From NCBI GenBank assembly GCA_038496445.1, contig JALMLS010000481.1, forward strand, positions 9,340 through 73,339: a stretch of DNA of 64,000 nucleotides, read 5' to 3'. Position numbers and translations under genes: made by a program. Source of the DNA: Trichosphaerium sp. ATCC 40318 (taxonomy: Eukaryota; Protista; Tubulinea). This document shows positions 50,426-62,635 of this stretch, in pieces (the first letter of the stretch is position 1; every line of letters begins with the position of its first letter). Under the pieces are notes generated by a model. The model was not told the DNA's origin, did not search any database, and saw only the letters and a list, made by a program, of their open reading frames with translations.

Positions 50426-50629
50426 AGATGATGTGTTTTTGGAGGTTTTCCTCCTTTTTCATAACACACTGTCACGTGTTTCCTTGAGAAATAATTTAAA
50501 ATAAACCATGTACATTTAAACATTTATTTGTTACGTTAAAACAACTTAGATGAGGGGTGGTCAAGCGCAATACTTTTTTTTTTCAGTTTTTTGTAAATTT
50601 CGACCGAATCTGGATTTGTTAATCGGGTT

Positions 50630-51434
50630 CTATCTCCCTTTACATAAGCAAGCGAATATAAGCACTATTAAAATAGTTGTAAAGGTTCCGTATCCAAGAA
50701 CGATAAAAAAGTACTGTGGCCCATCTCCAGTATCAGTAAAATGCATAGCAAGTATACCAGCCTAAACTTGATGTGAAAAAAAACAACAAAGAAATCTCGC
50801 AACAAAATCTCATCGACAAATACAATTCAAATAGAGAACGTACTATAACCAATACTGAAAATAGTATAAACGCAGTACCAGTGAACGAAAAATCCTAAAG
50901 GAGGTTGGCACCAAGCGTCAATTCAAAAAGTAAAACGGCTTTGTGTTTTATCACGTGATTTAATAAACATCCTTACCTGTTGTCTGTATCTATACCCATA
51001 GTATATTAAACCAAACCCAAGGATCACATGACCGCATAGGATACAAGCGAGTACTGTAGGGCCGAAAACTGTTACAGATGAACAATGTTAGTCGTTACGT
51101 CATAAATACGACGGAGAATATCATTTTAACGCACGGAGACCACATAAGAACGTTGCTATTGTAAAAACAACCAACCAAAATGAAACAGCGCTAATTTACA
51201 GTTTTAATACGATAGTTTTCTTTCTTACACGTGCTAAAGCACGTGAAAAATAGTGAAAATTGAGATACAAAGTAGCGGGTTTTTGAAACTTTGTTTGTAG
51301 GTGCTTTCTACACGTTTAACGTACAGTTTATGAGAGCGTAGAGGATTGCGGAATACTTTCTGATCTATACTCTCTGCTTCTTCTTCAGCTGTATCTACTA
51401 CAATTCTTTGTTCGTCTAGCGTTGCAGTAGCCAT
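50630..51434 (-). CDS. Small multi-pass membrane protein of unknown family (multi-exon)
   Basis: Acidic N-terminus MATATLDEQRIVVD, then hydrophobic GT-AG-bounded exons ending ILIVLIFACLCKGR*. Confidence 0.55.
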
Positions 51435-51636
51435 GGTTATGCTTTGAAATCTTTGTTCAATAGACTTACAATGATACTTACTTAAAATGCCGAGATGTTC
51501 GGGGATGGGCGTCTGAACAATGTTTCACGCAGAGTAGCCACCTGTAGTATGAAATTAAGAGTTGCTTGGAAAGAATTGTTTCGTCACGAGTGTTCTCTGA
51601 ACAACCCAAGTCATAAATACGTACTAAACTCAAACT

Positions 51637-52371
51637 ATGGATCATCTCCGTTTATTACATCTTCCAGTGGAGTTACAGCTTGACATTATTGATCTAGACC
51701 CTGAGGTGTATCTAAAGTGGCCATTGGTTTCGAAATACACAGCAACAATGACAAGGTTTGATAGCGACTTTAAAAAACATGGGAAATGGAAAAAACTGTA
51801 TAAATCACGTGTCATCATTCAGAGGTGTTGGAATCATGGTATACCTCATGGTTGTTGTATGTGTTGGTATTACAATGGACAAATAGGGAAGAAGCGTTAT
51901 TATGTTAATGGTAAACTCGATGGAGAATACAAAGAGTGGCATAGAAATGGACAACTAGCGGAGGTAAGAAATTATGTTGAGGCCGAGGTTGAAGGAGAAT
52001 ACAAAACTTGGAATGCTGATGGTCAGATACTGAGACACTATCATTATGTTAAAAGCAAATTACATGGAGAATACAACCTTTGGCATTCCAATGGTAAAAT
52101 GTGGAAGAAGTGCTTTTACGTCGATGATGAACTACATGGAGAGTACATTAGTTGGCATAAAAATGGTAATATTTTTGAGAAGTGTCATTATATCAAAGGT
52201 TTGCAAGACGGAGAGCATGTAATGATGTACCATAGTGGTCAAACGTGGAGTCGCTATCATTATGTTAATGGTAAACTTGAAGGACAGTTTATAAGCTGGA
52301 CACCCTATGGCAAAATAACAAAATTGCTCAAGTATGCTAATGGCATTCGGGTAGATGATTTTTTTTCATAA
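51637..52371 (+). CDS. F-box-like + MORN-variant repeat protein (intronless CDS)
   Basis: LLHLPVELQLDIIDLDPEVYLKW head, then repeated YVNGKLxGEYxxWHxNG units; paralog of 248-949. Confidence 0.88.
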   Translation: MDHLRLLHLPVELQLDIIDLDPEVYLKWPLVSKYTATMTRFDSDFKKHGKWKKLYKSRVIIQRCWNHGIPHGCCMCWYYNGQIGKKRYYVNGKLDGEYKEWHRNGQLAEVRNYVEAEVEGEYKTWNADGQILRHYHYVKSKLHGEYNLWHSNGKMWKKCFYVDDELHGEYISWHKNGNIFEKCHYIKGLQDGEHVMMYHSGQTWSRYHYVNGKLEGQFISWTPYGKITKLLKYANGIRVDDFFS

Positions 52372-52564
52372 AATTCAACGTAGCTACCTCCATTAGTCTT
52401 TCCACGTGCTTCTTCCTCTTCGTCATTTCCTACTACTGAGCATACAAACATCAACATAGCGAAGATAGTGATCAATGATAACATAGTTTTGAAGAAAAGG
52501 TGTTCATTGTGGCGTTAAATCCTTATTATTAGCTTAGAAATCTTGTAAATTTTTGTTTATGTCA

Positions 52565-52662
52565 AGTTAGTCTGATGAATGCCCGATTTCACAGAACGTT
52601 AACACGACATAAACACGTTCTTTAGCTTCCAAAAATACCATTGTTTATAATGAACGCCAAAA
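52565..52662 (+). repeat. ~100-bp inverted copy of the upstream region and start codon of the 52853-54785 gene (partner 54773-54872)
   Basis: cccgatttcacagaacgttaacacgacataaa...ataatgaacgccaaaa matches the reverse complement of 54773-54872. Confidence 0.9.
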
Positions 52663-52852
52663 TAAGACTCTACTCAATAAAATAATGTCACTTTCATTCA
52701 ACTTGTAAAAACAAAATCTCACATTTTTAAACGGTTTAGCCGCTCACATATTTTGAGTTTCTTGGCCGTTGGTTAGCCGGCTACAGATTTTTATAGCCGG
52801 CTTAATCGGGACCTGACCACTATCATCTCTACTCAACTAACGTAAATTTATT

Positions 52853-54785
52853 CTACAATGGGTATTCTGACAATCTTCTGATACAGCGATCTCTATCAAC
52901 AAATGCTGGTGCAGGTGTAGGTGGATTGTAATTAAACGCTGATATACCCTCGCTTATTGGTACATTTGTGGCCAATACAGTAACATCAGTAGTTGTAATA
53001 TCAATAGAAACATAGATTCCTTCACTACAAGAAGCCACTAAAGTACCAGTTGATATTGATGTTAAACCTAATAAAAAAAATTAACATAGATGACACTTAT
53101 ACCAAAAAATCCTTGCCTCTAAATGTACATCCATCCACTGGTATTGTAAATGGCGCCACACATGAACCAGATCGAAAATCTGGCGCTCCAGTCAGAATAT
53201 TAGAAGTAAAACTACCCAGGAATAGAGTGCCATCAACAATTTCACCTGCTATAAGTAAGTCACATCATGACATTTCACTTGCCTGCCGCTGTACTAGTCG
53301 TCCGATCACAGTGATGTGTAAATTTACAGTTTTCTATGTCTATTTCATAGACATGTTGTACTGGACTCAGTCCATATACTATTCCAGTATCCTTGTCTAC
53401 TATCAATTCAAATATTTCAAGAGTAGTGATGCATGTTTTATCCTGTATAATAGTATGTGATGTAACATGTTAAAGTGTCTGTCTCGTACAATTTGGCAAG
53501 TGTTAGGATTTACAGAGAACATTCGTCGGTTTGAGTTTATGTATAGTACTCTATCAAGTACAGCACTGTACTTCAAAGCTACGGGGAAGGTTTCCAGATC
53601 TGGATTATCACATGCTATCAGTAGATGATTAGTGTAAAACAACAAGTTGCTAGCGTTTGAATTCCGTACACCCAACAATTTCATTTGTGTTTGAAAGTAG
53701 CCGATAGTCAAATCCTAGTACTCTCTCTTCCTTCGTAGTGATAAGAGTGTTAATAACACCGCCTTGAGGAGCCATTGTAGGAGGTGGTGTTGGCATGATA
53801 GGCGCAACAGGAGCCATTGTTGTATCATCTGGAGGCGGCAGTGTTCCTTCAAAAAATAATGAAGAGAAGCCACCAGATTGTAAGGGCAGCGATGTTGTGA
53901 ACTCAGTTATCGTTGATGTAGATATGTCCAAAGAAAAATAGCTTGCAACTATTACGTTAGTGATAATAATTTGATTATCTGAGATTGCTGTCATATCTAG
54001 AGTAATGCTTTAGAACATAGTCAAAAAAAAAAAGAAGAAATACCAGCAGCAATTACTGATATTGGAAAATCCACTATTTGAGGAGCTGCGCAAGGTGAAG
54101 GTCCCGTCAGTGGTACTATAAGAAGGCCTTGTTGTGGTCCAGAAATGTACAAGTTATCTCCAACTATTGCAACTAGTAGAACTCAATAAAACACGTTTCA
54201 CTGATTTTTTGCTAGAACGCACGCCCAGAAAAGCCGAACTCAATAGTTACGTCTATGTTTAGTTCACAAAAATTAACAAATGAGCAATCTGTTGTATCTA
54301 TCTGAGCAATAAACCCATCACGTCCATCATATACAAATCCATATAAAATATGTGTAGTCTTGTCAATAGCAATACTCCTAAAAGCAGCAAGAGAATTGCT
54401 CAAAGTACAGGAATGCTATCAAAACAATCATGTAAAAAAAAACTTATTCTGAAATTATTCTTTGGTACCTTTACTTCGCACGTGCGTGGATCTACTTGTA
54501 GTAACTCATTACTGGCTTGTACGAATAATGTATGTGTTGATGGTAAATAAGACATTGAAAAAAGACTAACATCAATAGGTGGACTATTACATGCTAAAGG
54601 TGTTAGATCTTTATCGTCTATTAAAAATAATGTGTAGTACCGTGTACAACAGACATTGGATCGTCTATCGGTCGTATTTCAAACCCTTGACCACCTGAAG
54701 CAAATATAAACGCATTACTATCCTGCGAGAGTGAGTATGAAACAAACAAGGACAGAAGAGAGAAAAAGCAAGTTTTGGCGTTCAT
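52853..54785 (-). CDS. Secreted beta-rich (propeller-like) protein with a Pro/Thr linker (multi-exon)
   Basis: Signal peptide MNAKTCFFSLLSLFVSYSLSQ. Two beta-rich Cys-containing halves are separated by PPPDDTTMAPVAPIMPTPPPTMAP. Confidence 0.65.
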
Positions 54786-55227
54786 TATCAACAATAATGG
54801 TATTTTGGAAGCTAAGGAACGCATTTATGTCGTGTTAACGTTCTGTGAAATCGGGAATTTATCGGACTAACTATGGTTTTCTGTTTTGCGTTTATGTTCA
54901 CTTTCTGTTAATGATCTTCGAGCCTCAACGAGCTACGTGAGACCTCGAGATTTCACGTTATTTCACAACCATAATTTAAGTATATATACACGATAGATGG
55001 ACTAACGTACATACTACACCTCTTGATATAGCCCTCCAGAATTGACTCAAATTTATTGATCGATATTTTCTCATCCACTGTACCAAGTCCGGCTGGTTTA
55101 CCGGCTGTCAATAGGTTGGTCATTTACCATTGTTGCCCTCCATGTGATCAATAGTAATGTGTTTATTATTGGTTTTTTTTTTATTTTAACAAGGAGGTAG
55201 AAAAATGTATATTGTTTGCTCTTGAAC

Positions 55228-57896
55228 TCAGAGAACGTCATCATCATCTTCTGAACTGTTCAGTTCTAGAAGACCAACGCCAGCATCAGCATCATCTTTA
55301 TTGTCGAGTATATTATGGAAAGATGGAGCAGATTCAGCATGTCGACGTGAACGTACATAGAAAAGAATACCAAAACCCATTATTACAATAATCCCTTTTT
55401 GAAAAAAAGTTAGAGCGGCAAGACTTTAAGTACCCGAGAAGAAGGTTTGCACCAATAGTTAAAATGATAAGTTTAAAAGATAATAGAATACCACAAAACG
55501 CTCATTTTTTCAGAGCACGTGCATCTTTAGAGAAGCAACAAAAGTTCAATTTTTTTCTGAAAAAGTTAAACAAACATACCCAGTTGAACTAAAATTGCAA
55601 TAACAGCCCACATTGGCGTCCCAGCTGCGTATATTCTTAGTATTGAGTTCTCTATTATTGAAGTATTACTTACATTTATGTTTAGTATCCTCATTATTAT
55701 TATCATGTGTTACAGGGATAGCACTAATCTGCAGAGGATCTAAAGGAGAAAAAATCAATAAAATTCATCTGTCCAGAACGTGTGACTTACAAGCTTTTTC
55801 GCAAGGACCTGAATATATGAACTTCTTATAATCACACTCACTCTGTAAGTAGCCACAAAGAGAGGCAAGCGGCTTATGAACCTTGGCAATTGTCTAAAAG
55901 TGAAAAAAAATAGTCAACAAACAACAAGTTAAAGCCTATTCTTTCTCGGACCTTTGGTTCTGTTTCACCATTGTAAAATCCGTAAAGTTCTACTTCTTCT
56001 AATCCCCAAGAATCCGCACCAGTAGGTAACAAAGTGACAGATTCAATATCACAAGCATCATGGTATGTCCAAGATAATATTTGAAAAGTACTTGCTGCAC
56101 CTGCGAAAAAAAAAACGTTAATTCCAAAACACGTGATTGTTTCATCGTACCCATTTCTGGTAGGTGTCCTGAGAGTGTATGCTCTATAATATCACCATTT
56201 TTGAAGTTAATAAGCAGCGTAGGTACGTCATTTGACTCTGATAAAGTGAGGTTTAGTTTGACGTTCTTTTTTTTTATAATCCAAGTTCGTACCTGCATCC
56301 TCGCCTATGCATGTGAAGAATTTAACTTCAACTTTATCTGCGTGACCACAAGGCATTGGCTGAGGTTTTTTAGGCTCTACAATAACAGAATCCTTTGGCG
56401 GAGGAAGCGTGGCACGTGGTAATTCAATCTTCTCAAGAGTAACTAGAAAAGTTTTAGCTTATCTCTAAAACTATTCACTACCTCTATCTGCACATGATGG
56501 AAGACCTTGCTCTGTGATATCTTTACAATGGCTACTCAGAGTTATGCCATTACTATTAGAAAGCTTTGCTATTGTGAGAGGATCATAGACTATCTGATCG
56601 TTTGGCAAAGCTGAAGAAATCAGGTTAGTATTTAACTCGTCTTTGTAGTTTGGATTTACCTTTGATTGTAAACGATTTCCAAGATAGCGTATTTGTCTTT
56701 GAAGCAACGAGTTCAATCTTAGCTATAGCACAAAGATCATAGAATAGCGCATGGTAACGACTCTTAGTCAGTAAGTTTGGTTCGCCCTAAAACATAAGTA
56801 AGCTTAACTTCTAAAAAAAACAAAATAGAAGCTCACTTTTTGGTTCCAAATGCTGAGCGATGTAACTCTTGACAAAGGACCTGATTCCGTTATTTCAAGC
56901 GTAGGATACTCATATGATTCTATTAAATATTATTTATCAATCAGAAAGCAATAAGTAAAGAGAAGAGTAACGTACGAACATCAAAGTTTTTTATCAGTTC
57001 GGTTTCAACAATCAATTGTCCAATTTCTGAACAGTTCGTTGGCGCAGGTTTCTCAGCTATTGGTATTGATGGCTTTGTTTCCATATCCAGAATAACCCTG
57101 TTGATGCAAATATGACCGTCTTTACAGACAGTAGTACATATATTTTCGTCATCACAAACTACTTGTTTACACTTGCATGGGAAGTCTATCCAAGTAGGTT
57201 TTCCACCAAACTTCGCAATCATTTGTTTGTATCCACCTTGGTATCCAACAGCTATTTTTTTTTTTAATTAACACGTGACTAATAACACGTGTATAATTTA
57301 TTTAAATAGAATTTAGTAGTGCACGTACCTGTTACACTCATTTCTTCAAGAAGCCAACCGTCAGATCCACCAGCTTGTACAGATACTTCCTCGATAGCAC
57401 AAACATCATAAACACCAGCAGGATACATTTGTGTGAGTGAATTACCAGGTGAGGGCAACGGTGTAAGTTTAACAACAGCTAGAACTGAATCGTTGGATGA
57501 AAGGTATATTGTTGGATAGTCCTCAGAGCCTAGAGATGTTAATACAGGGATTTAAAACGGAGAAATTGAAAAAAAACGTTTCAGGTTATTGGTCCAATAA
57601 AAAAAAGTTAGAAACTTCCATGTTTGATTTAAATGAACAAAGAACAGTCTTCTATGACGTACTGGCAAAGAGACCTTCTGAAATACTAACTGATACAATA
57701 ACCTGGGACATTCTTCCACACTTTGTCCATGGTTGGCCTTGCGTTAGCCCTATCATAAAGCTGTAAGAACCGCAAACCCCACAAAACCATGTTTGCTGTT
57801 TTCTTTTTAAACAATTCCACAAAAGCACTTTTAGTCTCAAAGAAACGCACCTAGTACGATAGACGTTATAATTAATAATACCAGAGATGATTTCAT
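55228..57896 (-). CDS. Type I membrane protein with two PLAT/LH2-like motifs (multi-exon)
   Basis: Signal peptide MKSSLVLLIITSIVL, motifs GGSDGWLLEEMSV and GADSWGLEEVEL, C-terminal hydrophobic helix IIVIMGFGILFY and acidic tail SSEDDDDVL*. Confidence 0.6.
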
Positions 57897-58390
57897 ACTT
57901 TTCTCAAATGGTTAGGGAATTTTTCATGTGACCTTTCTTGACGTGGCGAAAAAACCACGTGATAAAAACGCTTGATTGGTTTTTGTATAAAATATGCGTC
58001 TAGCTCCTTTTTGGCGACTACATAGTCCGAAGTCTATGTCTTTCTTCTGTTTCACTAGTGCGAGTTAATTATGGAAGGTTAAGCTATTGCGTCATTGTTT
58101 TATTACAGCTCTAAACCCCGGTTTCGCATGTCAGTACTTTCGTGTTTGGCAGTATTAACTCTATAATTTTCGAAACTTTTCATTCGTTGACATGTTTCAT
58201 TCCGATAACGCGCAATAAGAGGGAGCCTTTTTCTTTGATTCAATAACAAACAACGCTACCCTTCTTTGCGAGCATCATTTGAAACGTAAACGGCATTCTC
58301 CGGTGATGCCACAAGCCATCTATTTCTGCATCAATAGGAATAGAAAGTTTTATAAAACAGCCTTAGCTGCAAAAGTATCACAGTGACGTC

Positions 58391-61300
58391 ATGTCAACGA
58401 CTTCAAAAACACATGTGTTAGCGCCATAAATTATTGCTTTATTTTTATTGTGAGTAGCATTGAAACAATTTGTGATACCTCTACAACTCCTGAAAACACT
58501 ACTAAGAGCATTTGACGCAAAAAGAAACTACTCCTCGCAAACTTCCTTGAAGCTCCGTTGTTGTACACTACTCCCTTGCTCTAAAATTAGCAGTAAGGTA
58601 GTTTTTACTTACGAGAGCGCATAGCAAGAGCACGTGGCTAAAATCTGCGTGTATCTCTTGATTGATTAAACAAAAAAAAATACGCGCGTTCGCTTTGGTT
58701 TTTTAGTCAAATGTGCGCTTAGATTTTCTCCTATCCGTCAAACGACCACCACTGCATCTTCTAGGAGTACGCTTATATAACCACAAGGCTAAAATGAGAC
58801 AAAAGAAATACAACGTTAGCAAGAAAATACCAAAATACCTTTACGACTCTAGAATCCTTAAACTTGTAAAGACACGTACAATAGGAGAAGGTTTTGTCAT
58901 TGCTCTTTACGATGAGACTGGTTCTTTTGTACTTTTTGACATGGAGCATAAGGATATACACCTAGTAGAGTACAAAAACACACCTTTATCTTACTGGCGT
59001 GTATTTCATCCATACGTCTTTGCTTTCTACAAAAAACGTACATCTGAAAACAAGACTGCTTCATCAACATCTTCAAAGTCTTCTTCTAAACCATCTCATT
59101 CTTTAACAATGATGATATATCACGTGCATTCAAGGGATAAACTTATTTTGAAGCAAAGTGATTTGGGTATTGATGAAAAAGTCATTATAATTGTATCATC
59201 TAGTAAGCACGTGTGTTATGTACTAGAGAATGGATTTATTAAGCTACAGTACGTATTTATAGATATTTATTCTTATTTTTCATAATTACACTTCTCCGTT
59301 GAGATATATCTCAACATAATGCGAGGAGGAGTGATTGATTTGTTCTAAAAAAATCACGTGACGAGGAAGGAAAAAAGTTTTGTTTTTATTTGGATTTTCT
59401 TATCTTTCTTTTTGTTTCCTGCCTATGCCTTTTTATAAGTACAGCATTCATGATTTTTCTCAAAAAGTAGCCTCATGTGTTATTTATTTTATACATAAAA
59501 GAGTTTAACTTTTTCTGTAGTACGTCAAGGTTGATAAATTCGCTCGCGACTATTGATTCTGGAGAAAAAATGAAAACACCTGAAAAAGTAACGAAACGTG
59601 ATAAAGTTTCTTTTCCTCCTAATCCTAATGAAAGTCTATCATGCCTTCAAGTACGTGGATAATTAAAAATGCAATTTTCTGGGCTGTAACCTCGGAACAA
59701 CTGGTTTAACAAAATCGTTATTTATTGGTTTTTTTTTATGTGTGTTTACGCGTTTTTATAACACTCCGCTGTCACGTGTTGGTTCTTATTTTGTTTTCTC
59801 CCTGTAGGATAATTTATTACTCCTTGCTTCTTTCAATTCATTTCATTTATGGGATATTGATAAAGGCACGTGCGTGCTTCAAGGAGCAACTCCAAAGTAC
59901 GTAACTAGCGTAAATTTTTTTTTTTGAAATGCAGTTTCCGTACTATGTCACCATCGATTGTTTTAAACTGACAACTGACACCAAGCCTTAAGACGAGTGC
60001 GTATGAGCTTGAAACACCATTCACAGCCTTGAAATTGCTAGATAAAATCATTGCAGGTGCAAATAGTTTACCTTATTTTTTTTCTTTACGCAAATCATTT
60101 AGAAATGCGTTCTCGTATGTTAGCTGTACAATCCTTTGACTAATCTTTTTTTTAGGGTACACAGCGCAAGTTCTATATTGTTGGGTGATAAGATCAAAGA
60201 AACCAACCAGTATGTCATAGAAATAGAGTAAAACAATCAGGCTAAAAAAATGATATCGAGTCCTTTTTTTTAGTGAATACTTTCTCCCATCTACTAGCGT
60301 ATTTGTTAAAGAATTTAGGGTTACATGAGATAAAGAGACCTGAGTGGGATAAAGGGATAAGATCCATTGCGAAACATAGAAATATAATAGCAGTTGGTAC
60401 GTAAAAAACCTCCCTAATATTTTAAAAATGTTGCTTTTTTTAGATCATTTCATCACGACATACAGTACAAAATTTTTTAACTATCGGTGCCCTTTTTACG
60501 TCCCCATACTCCAAGGAAGGACCTTAGTTACCTTCAGAGTGAAATAAATAGTTTTACCGTGGAGCGGGGAAACGAAAAGGGAAATCTTTACCATTTACTT
60601 TTATTTCATATGATTTGAACTGTATCACGTGACACCGCTTTGTTTTAATAGTGAAATATATTTTTTTGAAATTATTAGTTTATTCACTAACTGCGCTGTC
60701 TTTGAAGGGAGTTCTCGATACGTTACACTTGTATATAATGTACTCAAAGCAGAGTTCAGACGTTTGACGTTTTCAGTTACAAAACAAAAAACTTACCAAG
60801 CAGCAACAGCAACAAGAAATGGTCCAAGTCGTTCTACCGTAGAATCAAAAGCAGAGTTTAGAAAAGTAAGAGAACATAGCAAGATGGGTAGCGCATCAAA
60901 ACAGTAAGTAAAAAAAGAGAAGAGACATTTCTTCATTCATAACTCTACCTTTTTTCTTATTTTTTTTCCTCTCCGCAGGAGAAACAAAGGTGGTGTTAAA
61001 AGGTACGATAACAATCCTGTGTCACGTGGTTTTTCTTATAGAGCTCTAGTGAGGTTAGATCAAATCATGTGGTGCAGTGGGTTGACTTTTTGGCTCCTGA
61101 TGTTCTAGTAGCAGCAAGTCAACATGGTACGCTTTTTGATCATTCATTCTTCAGCTTGAATGTATTTTAATCTTTTATCTTATAGCGGTTGTTTGTTGGG
61201 ATTTGATGCTTACTGGGGATAAACCAGCGTTAGTACTGAATCTTGGACACCGCAAAATATTGTACGTCATTGACGCAGAGCCTTAAAAATTGACCTGAAA

Positions 61301-61849
61301 ATCTACCCAAAAAAAACTCTTATTTCCCTGGATAGTGACACTCAATAATTCGTTACAACCTAAATATGTGATTCTTTAATTAATATTAATATTTAGAAGC
61401 TGTTCATTACAAAAAAAGATTATAAATGTGCTGCATAGTGACGATGAAGGTAAGTGACTAAAAAAATACATTTTTGCAAAAAACTTGGTTTCTCTTTTGC
61501 ATCTTACCACATCAATACTCAAGAGTTCCTACTAATGGTATTACTAGTGATAACATGGCATATAAATATGAAGAAATTGAGAGAAAACCGACCTGTAAAC
61601 AAAGTGAGTTAACAGAGTTTGAAGCAAAAAAAACAAATGAAGTTGAAGGAATTTAAGATTCTTTTGTTCCAGCGCCTCATACTATATTAGGAGATTAAGA
61701 ATACTAGAATGAGGCGTAGATTATCTCTGCCTGCTGGAGAAGCTAACAAGATCAAGAATGTTGCAATTAAAAAGACAATGTCAAGTGGTATACGATCGAA
61801 TTCACCGAAAGGTTCAAAAAAACATGCATCAAAAAGAAAACACTTGTGA
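58391..61849 (+). CDS. Divergent WD40-like beta-propeller protein (multi-exon, start uncertain)
   Basis: Exons contain LLASFNSFHLWDIDKGTCV, VDFLAPDVLVAASQH|AVVCWDL and IRSIAKHRNIIAVG, with a basic tail. Confidence 0.55.
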
Positions 61850-62111
61850 GCACGTGGAACTTTTTTTGAAAGAAATACTGTATTGGTTTAATTGGAGTGA
61901 CACTTATATTTAGTATGTTTAAGCTACACTAAACGCCACAACTAAAAAAAAAAAAAACAGCAAAGCGGTCACTCAGTCACGTGGGGTTGTAAATAGAAAC
62001 AGAAGCTATTATTAAATTAAATTAAATGAGCAATTTTTAACCTTACCTTTTCGTACTTTTTTGAGTGTACTACGTCAACGGTTAAGTGATCAAGACTCTT
62101 AGTCTCCTTGT

Positions 62112-62268
62112 GACATTGGTAAACTTGAAAGATATCAATCTTTATGGGAGAACGTGACTAGATTACAAAGATTGTTTAAAGCACTTGATTGCACAATCAC
62201 TGAAATATGTTACATTGTCTATAGTGCTACAATGACAAACGAAGGATGTTGAGTCACTGGGTATTCAA
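62112..62268 (+). pseudogene. Highly decayed C-terminal LRR remnant (copy F)
   Basis: gacattggtaaacttgaaa, tgtttaaagcacttg and gttgagtcactgggtattcaa match the TLVNLE, CLKHL and VESMGIQ-coding parts of the LRR family in the correct order. Confidence 0.65.
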
Positions 62269-62635
62269 CATTTAGTTTCACTGGTGGAATAAGTTCAGTT
62301 AAAACATGACATTGGATGCATCTTAGTAAACAATTTCAATGTTTGATAAGTCTTACGTACTTTCCAGTGTTGAACAAAATACATCAATAGTGGGTATGTA
62401 AGGTTCTTTCTGTTTATGTATTTGTCACAGTGTCAGAGATTCAACTTTAGAATTTTGTGTAGAAGCTGGGACCTTACCATTGCCACATCTAAAGCACGTC
62501 TAGTTACGAAAGTACTGAAAAAATGTGATGTAGAAGAAAGTTTAAAAAAACAAGTTTATTTATTTACAATATTTTTGCCATAAGCTTTGTGGTATTGCTT
62601 GGTAGATTATTTCTCATTCTTCTATATCCAGTTCA

